A DNA stretch of 64,000 nucleotides, from contig NW_002060960.1 in assembly GCF_000150275.1 (NCBI RefSeq), positions 634,469 through 698,468 on the forward strand, in the 5' to 3' direction. Every line of letters begins with the position of its first letter. Positions within the stretch are counted from its first letter, which is position 1. Position numbers and translations under genes: made by a program. Under the pieces are notes generated by a model that did not search any database, was not told the origin of the DNA, and worked only from the letters and a program-made list of their open reading frames with translations. This stretch comes from Trichoplax adhaerens. Taxonomy: Eukaryota > Animalia > Placozoa. Of the stretch, positions 14,321 through 25,510 are shown in pieces.

Positions 14321-14780
14321 TAAAGTGATATTTACTCCTTTCCATGGCATGCAAATCACCAATCAGATAAAGTATTATCAGGAACTGCATTTCTACCGTA
14401 TCCAACTAAAGCGATCCTTGTAGATATAATAAACTTACTGCAGAAAGCTAAACCCTATCAAGAAATATTGCATATAGTAATAAAGTAAAGTGAAAATTAC
14501 TCCTTTCCAAGGCATACAAGTCGCTAATCAGATTTAGTATGATCAGGACCTGATTTCTACCGTATCTATAACAGAAGTTACCTATGCAAATATAATGACC
14601 TTATTACCTTGAGCTAAGTGTTATCAAGAAATATTGGATATTGTTATAAAGTAAAGTGATAAATACTTTTCAGAGCGTACAAGCCGCTAATTAGATAGAA
14701 CTTAATCGGGAAATTCAATTTTATCGTATCTAACAAAAGCAATTCACGCAACTATAATAACCTTATTACAGAAAGCTCAA
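14321..14780. repeat. Degenerate tandem repeat, ~165-bp unit, ~3 copies
   Basis: taaagtga...tactcctttcca.ggcat...aatcagat...tcagga...ttctaccgtatc...tataat...tatcaagaaatattg recurs at about 14321, 14486 and 14652. Confidence 0.8.
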
Positions 14781-17474
14781 CTCATGATACTGGTCTATAT
14801 TCGTACGCGGATTGCTAGTAAATTTACATCAGTCGAAATATTCGAATGGATCACACCAATTTATTGCTGTATATTCGATGCTAAAACATGGCTATGAATG
14901 AAATTGAATGATTTTCTACCGGTAGACAGTCTTATTTATCATTGGTATTATCTGAGTGATTATTTAGAGTTTAATGTAACCTTTCTTCCCATCGCTACGA
15001 CAATAGTGAAAGCGAGAATTGCTTACGTTTTATGATTTGCTACCGATAAAATTCAGACACACAAAATTAGACTAGAGGACATTATTAGCAGCTCTTTAAT
15101 CTAGAGAAGTATATTGGACTTCTCAGGTAATGATATAATTTTATTGCCAAGGAAAATCTTTGTTTAACAATTCTTTGGTAGTATAGGGAAGAAAAGTAAC
15201 TGAAGCGTTGGGAACAAATAAATCAATATCTAGCCATTGATGTAATTATTTAATTTGTAAATTTCTTTAACAACCGTAAAAATAAACAAAAAATTATTAT
15301 TTACTGTTTATCTTGGTAATGGATGAGAATTAAGTAGTGGAATTAGTTATTTGGAGATAGCATTGACTCTTTTTCAATGTTTTCATAATTTTACAAAGCT
15401 ACATGAAAATTAGGTGGTAATAATGGATTATCATGATTTAATTAAACCGGCTTATGCGTATTAATATATTCGTTTAGGTTACTTATTCTAAAATGTTTAG
15501 AATTTTTTACATTGAGGGCAATCTTGATTGCAGCATCTTCGACGGGATGAATTGCCTGCTACTGTCCTTATTGCATGTTTGGTACTGTTCTTGCAATTTG
15601 GCTACTCTATATCCATGTTCAGTGAGACTGCTGATTTTCTTCAAATCGATTTAGGCTACGTAATTAAATAGTGCTGATGGTAGAAATCAATACGCTTCAA
15701 AACACGATCATTTCCTAAATCATTGGAATTCGAAGTGCATCACTGAAATACTATCCAAAACAAAAGTGCCGGACTACAGAAAATTTCCTACTAGTAAACC
15801 TCTTTTATAGCTTGTCAGAGCTTCGATTCTTCTTATATCCTCATCGATGTAATGAAAAACTTACCCGAAAATCAAAACTGATTATAGCCTGTATTTTAGT
15901 TTATAAATAGATACTAAGCGCAGCAAATAGGCAATCAAATTAATCATAATATGGACACCAAAATATCAATAGTATGTGGACAACTACCGTATCTGTTAAG
16001 GAAGCAGATAAGGAGAAAAGTTCTAATGTCGTCAACGTTGCTATTTTAGTACTGTTGAATTCTCATAGCGTAATTATACACTATTGTTTATAGATTGTTG
16101 TTAATCTCTAGTTATTAAATAAGATAAGCTCAGTAAAAATTAAGTATTAATATTATTAGTTTGACTTTATTAACGCTTTGTGATATCATGGCCTTTGAAG
16201 AATTCAATCTTACAAATTTCTGCAATTGTGTAAGTGATTTTCATTACTGATGTTAGATGAAAAATGTTATAAAATATGGCACATCTGTGCCAAGATATTG
16301 AGATGAATTTTAAGCAATAGATGAACGATCTCTCGGATATTACATCACAAATTGCCCTAATTTGGCCGAAATTCGACGATATATCTTCATTTTGATTGAA
16401 CTACATCCTCGTAGAATTAACTTTTATTTTCCATTTAAATTATAAACTTGCAAATTTTCATCACGTCTTAATCTTAAAATCAAATTTTAAACTTTCAAAA
16501 ACTCTTCTAATTTATGGGGTCATTATATCACCATAGTGAAAGTAACGCTTTTTAGTCCATTTGGACAATGAATTATTATAACGTAATCGTTGCTAATAGT
16601 GCAAGTTATGAAATGAACAACTGCTAATTTACGCCAATACAACAAATTGGCGATGGAAAAATAAGTTATTTGCCTCTGCTGCCCTAAATGATTTACTAAA
16701 CATTACATTAACATCAATATCTGAGTTTGAGTGTTTTCGACGATATCTTAACCGTCATCGCGGAAGGTAACTCCAATAACGGTACTTATTCCTCAGAAAA
16801 TGGCAATTCTATTGATAACTTGGATTAAAATATCATTTTAGTAGAAATAGCGCCGATGGCGCCTAAGATGTCGTCAAAGTTCGCTGAAATCAAAGTACCA
16901 ACTATGATAAGCATTCTTTTACTGATACTGATAATCTAGAAAAATCGGAAATATTTCTGTATTACTATTTTGGAGTCTTTAGTTCATTCATTGATTACAA
17001 TTGTCGTCGTAAGTGATTGTAATAAACTTTAAAAGAAATGAATTCAATGAAGTAGTGATAAAATTTGATGCAATAGGTTTCTTTATCCCAAAGCTTTCCC
17101 CAGAAATGCATTGAATGATTCAAGGGAATCCATTGATAGTCTATAGCTACCTTGTTGGCTGATTAAAGAAACCACACCTCTTTATTATATGATTTTTAAT
17201 TGATATACTCGAAAAACTTATTTACCTCTAAAATCACAATCATCAACTTTATGATAGGTATAATCAAAGAAAATAAAAGTAGATATAATACAACTTTAAG
17301 ACTATGAGATTGCCGTGAATTTTGTAAATTGCTAACAAGGATAATTCGGTAATCACCCAAACCAATTTACCGTTGACGCCGCGTTTGATCCATTAACACC
17401 TAGCAATTTCTGCTGATAAAGTACAAATACCAAGTATGTAATAGCTAATACATAGTTAGAACAAAGCTAGGATT

Positions 17475-17690
17475 AGAGATCTTAGACGTTAGACAAATAC
17501 TACTGCTTTAACGGACTCAAATGATACTGCTTTTGTGGCAGATATGACAAAACTATTGCAAGAGACGCTAGATACTGGACACATACTATTGTCGTAACAG
17601 ATTAAAATGATATTGCTTCCATGTCAGATATAACAAAATTAGCACCAGAAATATTAGACATTTAATATATATTGTTATTCTAGCAGATTT
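17475..17690. repeat. Degenerate tandem duplication, ~86-bp unit, 2-3 copies
   Basis: gaca.atacta.tg...taac.ga...aaatgata.tgctt...g..cagatat.acaaaa recurs near 17492 and 17578. Confidence 0.55.
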
Positions 17691-18556
17691 TACTTTCATT
17701 CCTGATATTTTTACTAGAAATTAAATTAGTTCTTAGTTATGTATGCGCATTAATGCGATTGTTATCGATGTATTTTCTATTACAGTGTTTCTATCATTTT
17801 CTAAGATTCTCAGTTGAAGCTGATTTTGATTTGGTACATTCTAATTTGGTACATTCTAAGTAACAAATATAAAAGATTGTAAGTCTAGGCTAATCAGTAA
17901 CCAGTAGAGGTAGGTTTAGTTTAGTGCTATAGGTTACCTATATAGTACCGTCATGTTTTCTATACATCATAGCAACTACAGTATGATATGATGCAATTAA
18001 TAGTAAGAAGAATACGACATGAAAACTACTAACGAATCAGAGGTTAACTTAGTCACTAGCAAAATATTTGTATACGCATTGATTTGACGAACATTCAGTA
18101 CATTGTATTCCACTTAGGTGATTCAGCGATTGATGATGATTAACATTAGCTTTAATAAGACAGGTCAACAGTAAATTTGACTTTAAAGCAACTTAGAAAG
18201 AATAGAGCAGGTTGCTTTAGCTGATTTTGTGGACTTTTGTAATAAAGTACTATTTCTAACCCCTACTATAGAAAAGCTACTTAGTAAAAGGGCTTCTAGT
18301 ATTAGGAGATAAATACAGTTTATTACTTGAATTTATTGTTGAATATTAAAGTAGCAAGCGCAGACTGCGTAATCTAAACACAGCTAGGTCTCAGACTAAA
18401 CTCCCAGAAGAGTCAGTCTTTGGATCCTTTAGAATCAAGGAGCCTTACATTTCACTAAAGCTATAATTATCGTTATTAAATTACCCACCAATAGTAATTA
18501 ACTATTTTGCCATCTAAATATAGTCTCTAGAATCTATTTCCTACAACTCTAAATTG

Positions 18557-19100
18557 TAGTATCCATTTTTAGCAGATCTTATTTTCCCTGGTGAATGATA
18601 TGCAATGATATAAATTAATACGAATTTCTTTAAGCAGAATAAACTGTATTCACTAAAGCTGATATGAATTATATAATTGTACATTGTTTATCGGTTATGC
18701 ATGAATCTTCATTATCGATAAATGAGTGCTTCTGATGTATATGTAAAATAATATTCTATGATGTAAAGCTATAGTTACAGTTATAGTATCCATTTTTTAG
18801 GAGACTCTATTTCACCTGCTAAACGGCTTACTATGATATAAATTAATAAGAATTTCTCTAAGCAGGATTAACTGCATCTACTACAGCTGATATGCAATAT
18901 TTATCGGTTATGCATAAATTTTCATTATGGATAAAGGAGCAGTTATGATATACGCGAAACGATATGTTATGATTTAAAGTTAATACAAATTTTTTAAGTA
19001 GAATAGCAGACAGTTTTTTATTTGAACTGCTTCACTACTGCTGATATGAATTATTTACGGCTTATAGCGGAATCTTCATTATTGACAAATAAGTACTTAA
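18557..19100. repeat. Degenerate ~228-bp tandem duplication plus a partial third copy, immediately upstream of the SLC6 copy B start
   Basis: agtatccattttt..ag...atgatataaattaata.gaatttct..taagcag...agctgatatg...tttatcggttatgcat occurs at about 18558 and 18785, with a partial copy at about 19025-19098. Confidence 0.75.
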
Positions 19101-19239
19101 GATGTATTAGATAAATAAGCACTTACGATGTATTGGTTTTGCGAAAATTTAATATTGCTTATTAAAAGTATTTTTAAAAATTTTACTAAATTGTCGATCA
19201 GAGTCTTCGAAACAACTAAGTAACTCTACCGGTAATACA

Positions 19240-22200
19240 ATGGCTACAGAAATGGCTACGAATCATGCAAATGGTACATCTAATGAATCTAATGAAGCAA
19301 AACGAAGTCACTGGAATAAAAAGATGCAATCATTACTGTCTTCTATCGGATATACGGTTGGCTTAGGCCATATATGGGAATTTCCCTATCTTTGCGCGAC
19401 TAATGGAGGAGGTATATAAATCCGACACAGAATCGATTATGATTAACGAAATCATCAGCAACATTTATGGATTAGATGCGGTTATTGCAACCAAAAATCG
19501 GATCTAAGTCCAATTTGTATTTATTGCAGTGAAATATTAAAAATTTATAGTTGTGTGAAATAAGTCAATCTCTGAGGAGTATCTCTACGATCTGATACCA
19601 TGGATTTGAGATGGGCTTACGAGTATATAGGGTGAAAATCAAATTTGGTAGTAAATTGTACTCCAATTGGTATAAGCAACTGTTATTAGGTTCGATGGAT
19701 CCTAATAACTAATTTCAAAATACTTCTGGCGTCAGTTTCTATATCGCTTCAGTTCCTCAACTTAGCCATATCATTTTATATGCTTTTCCACTGCAGTGCA
19801 AATCACAATGAGTTTTTGATATGAAGAAGGAATCTTAAATTTTTAGCTATGGTCTTAATTACTATATTTATAGTACAAGAAAGAGACAGTTGTATTAGTT
19901 TAGCTATAGTCTTAATAATGCTACTATACCTGTCTAATGAGTAGTTTTTTGAGTTTGCCAAAGATAAGTAGCCATATCTAAAGAACTATAGAATTAAGAG
20001 CAAGAATTCTTAATATTTTCTTAACCATTAAAATCAAAATAATGCTAATGATTTTATATTTATTACAGCTGCTTTCCTGGTAGCATACTTCGTCATCTAT
20101 ATCATCATAGGAATTCCCATTTTATTTATGGAATTAGCCATCGGTCAGTATGCTCAAATGGGAAGCTTGCAAATGATGGCTCATTTATTTCCAATACTGA
20201 AAGGTGATCGCTTATTTTTGAGTGCATCTTAAAAATACCTTGCAATATCCATCTTTAGTAATATTAAACCTGAAATACTTAGTTTTCTTCAACCTTTGAT
20301 ACAACATAAAACATTTAAAAGATATCTTTTCAAATTAATAACTGCTTTGATTTATTAGGTGTTGGCTATGCAATGATTATTTGCTCCTTTGGAACAGCAA
20401 TTTACTATAACGTTATGATTGCGTGGTCGTGTAATTTTCTGTTTGCCTCTATGCAAAGCGAACTTCCTTGGGCAGGATGCGAACATGATTGGAATACAAA
20501 TAGATGTCGTACATATGATATTAAGTGCCAACCATTTAATTATTCATTATCAAATATCTCAAATAGCCCAACATTAATAAGCTTAACTTATTGGGGATTA
20601 ATTCCTTCACAAAGTAGCAATCTAACGGCTCCAACCGATGAATTTTGGAAGTAAGCTAAGTACCACATCATAGCTGATGAAGTATAATCTATTCTTCGGT
20701 TGCTCTATAACATATTAGCGTAGTTGAAACAGCTTAATAATGCATACTTATTAGTAGAATAACAAATTATCACTAAATCCGTAATAGGTAATAGGTAATC
20801 TGCTCTACAGCTGTCCTACAAGTTATTAGTATAGTTTGAGCCCGTGAGATTGTATATATATACCCGCATTTATCAGCACAACGACGAACTTTATATGCTA
20901 TAACTGCGTTCATGAATGCTAATACATAATTTATTCTGCAGCTGTCCTACAAGGTGGTAGGTTAAGTGATGTAAGGTTACATATTTATTAGCACAATAAA
21001 CTATATACGCTAACACTACCCCCCCCCCCCCCCACATGGTTACTAATGCATGATCTACTCTGCAGCTGCAAGGTCTAAGTGCTAAGTGTAGTTCAAGCGG
21101 CATAATATTGTATATTTATTAGTAAAGCAATAAACTGCTACCACTACATCCATGATTGCTAAAGCATAATTTACTCTACTGCTGTACTACAACACAGTAA
21201 TGTAGGTTAAAGTGCGTAATATTGTATATTTATTAGCATCTTAATAAGCTAGAGTTAATTGTCAAATACCTAATTCCTATAATATATAACAGTCGTATGG
21301 TCTTGAAAATCAATGCAAATATTAACAATTTCGGTGAAATGCAATGGAATACAGCACTATGTTTACTGCTAGCTTGGCTAATTGTCTATATCTGCATCTA
21401 TAAGAGTATCCAATCCTTTAGTAAGGTAGTTCTGATTTAAGTTGATTTTGTCTTATAACCTTGTCAGTGCATTATTATTAATACAAGACCTAAATTCATT
21501 GGTGTATTTATCGCCAATGCAGGTTGTCTATTTTTTCGTGCTATTTCCTTACCTAACGCTAGTGGTAATAATAGTTCGTGGAACAACATTATCTTGCAGT
21601 AAAGCTGGAATCCTATTGTATTTTCATGCTGGATGGGAAAAATTGGGCCAAGTAGATGTGTGGTCAAAAGCTGCTACCCAAGTATTGAAGTCTCTTGGTC
21701 TAGGATACGGCTGCTTAATTACCATCGGCAGCCATAATAAATTCAATAACAACTGTTTCAGGTAGTAATAAAGAAAGCTTGCTTTTATATCTTATATTAT
21801 TTAAGATCATCGATGACTTTTGCGGTAAAATAACACAGATAAAATTTATAAGTTAGTCATTAATAATTTATTCTTTCATTGCGATCAGAGATGCTATGCT
21901 CGTATCTCTGTTTAACGGTATTACTAGTTTGTTAGCTGGACTAGCGATGTTTAGTTTTACTGGGTTTCTGGCATTTGCAAATAATGGACAAGTGGACAAT
22001 ACTATTGAAGGAGGTATTTCTGATACGAATTAATTTATTGTTAATGGCAAGGATTAGTTCAGAGAGCAATCTACATTGTTTCGTATATAAAACTGATTTA
22101 CTTTTAACATACTTATCTACAGATTTCGATATGTATCAGTAATTTACAGTTACTTTTGCAAATTGCAAATTTAAGAATACCTTGTTGAATAGCCATTCTT

Positions 22201-23716
22201 TGTTAGGCATTAGACTAGCTTTCGTAGCTTATCCTTTAATGGCAGCTCAAGTCTCTTTGCCCAAGTTGTGGTCGATCTTGTTTTACTTGATGGTTATGAT
22301 GTTAGGCTTAAGTACTCAGGTTAACTTTACTTTTTTTAACATTAAATATACGTAAATATTTGGTATTGATGCAGTACGGATAAAATAAGATTTCTCATTC
22401 TTATTCAAGAATTAAATTACTGCATGTATGGTATGATGTAGACTCGGAATATTCTAAAAAACGAGTAGCTAGTATATTGAACTATAAGATTGCGACGTTA
22501 CTGTTATAAACTTATATAATAACACTTGATATTTAGGTTATGTACTTAGAGAATATTCTCGTAGTAGTATTGGATAGTTTCCCAAAAAGTGTTGGCGCAA
22601 GAAAGAGAACAAGTGTTATTAGTTTGTTAATATGCTGCACTATCTATGGCATTAGTTTACCATGCACTACTCAGGCAGGATATCATATAGTCAATTTGAT
22701 GGCTAATCATTTTACTGGGATATCAATTCTTATTATATGCCTATTTGAAAGTATTGCCATTGGATGGGGCTACGGTAGGCGATAATAAGATTGTAAATGT
22801 TACCCCTTTGCTTCTGCTGTATGGCATGGCATTTATCAAAACCTTTTAATTTCTTTAAGCTGATATAAATAGTCGACATTAATATGCACGCCTTGTATGT
22901 TTGCATCTTGATTATGTGTAGGCTCTATTAAACTAGGAAAATCTGTAACCAAAATGATTGGTTATAAACCATGGTTGTATTATTGGTGGATTTTCTGCTG
23001 GATTAGTGTAGTTCCCGTTTTTCTTATGGTATACTGGATGTTTATAATTCGATTTTTAATATTATACAACTATTATTAAATCATAATAGCATCCTCTATA
23101 ATTATTTGTTGTATTTTAATTGATCTTCAGTAGCGTTTACTTTAGCCATAGGTTTCTGATTAAAGCCATATAAAATGATCTTTTCCTTTGTTTAATTAAG
23201 TTAACATCCAAGAAATAGCTCATTATTGTGCTTGCTACATCTACTATAGGCTCTCGCAGTATATGAAACTTTTAGATACCTATTAGTGCAAGCCAATATG
23301 CCAATATCACAATCAAGACTTCCTTCTCGAGCAATGAATTGGGCATTAACGTCGTATTCACTTTTATTTATTCTCCTCTTTGCAATCTGTCAATTAATGA
23401 ATACAAATACAATCAAGGTTGGTTACTTCCTGGTTTTATTTGGGCACGATAGATTTAAATACAGTAATTTAGAAATTATTTAAATTTTCTTAGTATAAGT
23501 GAATATCCCAATTTAAACTTAGCCTGTCGTTTTGAGATCCTGTTTATTAGCAAGTTATATATTATATCTGTTTTACATTACAATTGCCATCATTACTAGG
23601 GATGTTATGAACTCTTTAAGCCAAAAAAAGATATTTATGGTGACTTACAACTTAACATACAAAGTCAACGAGGAAAGTGGCATCGTGTTCCAACTCCTAC
23701 TTTAACTTATACTTAG
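19240..23716 (+). CDS. Divergent SLC6 / NSS family transporter-like protein, copy B (tandem paralog of copy A); 11 coding exons, 612 aa
   Basis: Exons, all with GT-AG introns: 19240-19411, 20069-20203, 20359-20650, 21293-21425, 21523-21761, 21889-22013, 22207-22319, 22537-22774, 22922-23028, 23250-23417, 23600-23716. They sum to 1839 nt with no internal stop and end in TAG. Intron phases match copy A and seven internal exons have identical lengths (135, 133, 239, 125, 113, 107, 168 nt). Motifs: RSHWNKKMQSLLSSIGYTVGLGHIWEFPYLC, MELAIGQY, YYNVMIAW, LPWAGCEHDWNTNRC, NKFNNNCFRD, MIGYKPWLYYWW. The start codon could instead be the ATG at 19252. Confidence 0.93.
20795..21238. repeat. Intronic degenerate tandem repeat (~120-130 bp, ~4 copies) with a C15 homopolymer, in intron 3 of SLC6 copy B
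   Basis: taat.t..tct.ca.gctg.c.tacaa...ttgtatatttattag recurs. The C15 run is at 21019-21033. Confidence 0.7.
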
Positions 23717-25207
23717 TGAGAAACTATCTAAATGGCTTTCCATTATAATTATTAATAACTTGCAACCATAGACTAAAGTATGATACATTTTCTTACCGCA
23801 TTGGTTGAAACAGAATTCGAGCAATTTTATCGTACATTTCGTTGAAAAGGTATGCTAGTTAAGAAATACCCATGCATTTATATTAATTCAAGGATATATC
23901 AACCATGTAATTATAATAGCAATAGATATTTTCTTCAAAAATTTTTGCCACATTGATAGAAGATGTTTTTCTTATATATTGCTCATTGGCATTATTATTG
24001 ATTGATTAGTTGCATAACACCAGCATTTAAGTATAAATTTTTTACACTACCAATTATTATCAGTAAATAATCGGTTTGATAGTAATGGACAGGATTTATT
24101 GAGGATATTAAGATAGGTCAAGAAAATATAAATATTCTACTATTGAATTTTTCATTTTTGTATCGATTATAGCCCAAATAATTCCATCTGAAGATGTTCT
24201 TGATGGAATTTAGATTTATTATTTCTTGCCCCTGTAACAATCATGTATTTTTAAGTAATAAATTTTATGATATACCGCTATTCCACTCGACGTATTATTA
24301 ATATAAGCCCACTTAGCTCCATAAGTGGCCTCTTTCTGTGCTATTAAGTATATAAGTGGCACTAATAATAGTAGAATTTAAATGTATTATCCTATATGGT
24401 GTCCTATTGAGGCATAAGAGATAGACTATACCCTTGAATTAAAATATAATTCTACTCAAATAGAACACTGTTCTAATAGTTCAGATACATTTGACCATGG
24501 AAAATTTCTATGCTAATGTGAGTATTACTCCACATATGCCGCTAGATATTTGATTTGTAAATTTTGACTCTAGTAAAGTATGAAACGCTAAATTCTAATG
24601 GAACCTGATCATGGATATGTAAATGATGTACCTTTAAAATCGACGACAGAATGTTCCAATCGAGACAGTGCATCAAAGAAAGGGAAGTACGGTAATTGAG
24701 ACGCAAAATATAATTAATTGGACTTCTGTTGCTTCTGTTCGATAAACTACCGAATACATGTTAACAAGTCTCCTGAAGGAAGCTAGAAATCAGATTGAAT
24801 AAGAACAATAATTACATAGAAAAAATAAAATATTATTTTCAAAGTCCACAAAACTCTGCAAGTCAATAGAAACGGATTGCTAGCAACATTTTGAAATTTG
24901 GTCATTAGTCATCATAGAGCATGATGAGATTTCTAATTTCAAATTAATGCAAGCATTAATCTATAATATAGCGATTTGTGATGAAGTAGTGGGATAAAAT
25001 CGATCAAAAATTCCCAAATTTATAGAAAATATACATGCTATAACCTTATACGATTTTCCTCCTCACTCTAACTATAGCAAAGGACTGCTTTTCGTTCGTT
25101 TAATTTTCTTGTAATTTCTTGTGATGATGAACACCCAATCTTCCGAAACATACCTTCAGGTAGTCATATTCGGTTAGACTAGAGCTGCCTTCACATTATT
25201 GTTATAT

Positions 25208-25510
25208 AAATCAGGATAATTGATATAATCTTGTGAATAGTAACCCATTGATAAGTTACCGTACCTCGGAAAAATCACGCTATTTAAGTAATCTTCTATA
25301 TCACGGGGACGATGAAAACAGTGTACTAATTTTTAATCTCGAAGAATATCGCTGCATCACATGTATTCCCGTAGTATTGGTAATAAAATCTCAGGATAAT
25401 TGACACAATTATGCGAATGCTAGCCCCATAAGCTACATCAAGAATAATGTTGTTTAAGTAATCTGCTCTATTTTAGGGGGCGATAAAAATAACACACTAA
25501 TTCTATTCTT
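25208..25510. repeat. Degenerate direct duplication (~125-130 bp, 2 copies) abutting the truncated 3' end of the FUT pseudogene
   Basis: tcaggataattga...tttaagtaatct...gggg.cgat.aaaa...actaatt occurs at about 25211-25340 and 25391-25510. Confidence 0.65.

Noticed and set aside
15534-15659. Open hydrophobic segment flanked by AG and GT (possible orphan exon)
   Set aside because: It has no similarity to SLC6 or any other recognisable protein, and no partner exons were found.
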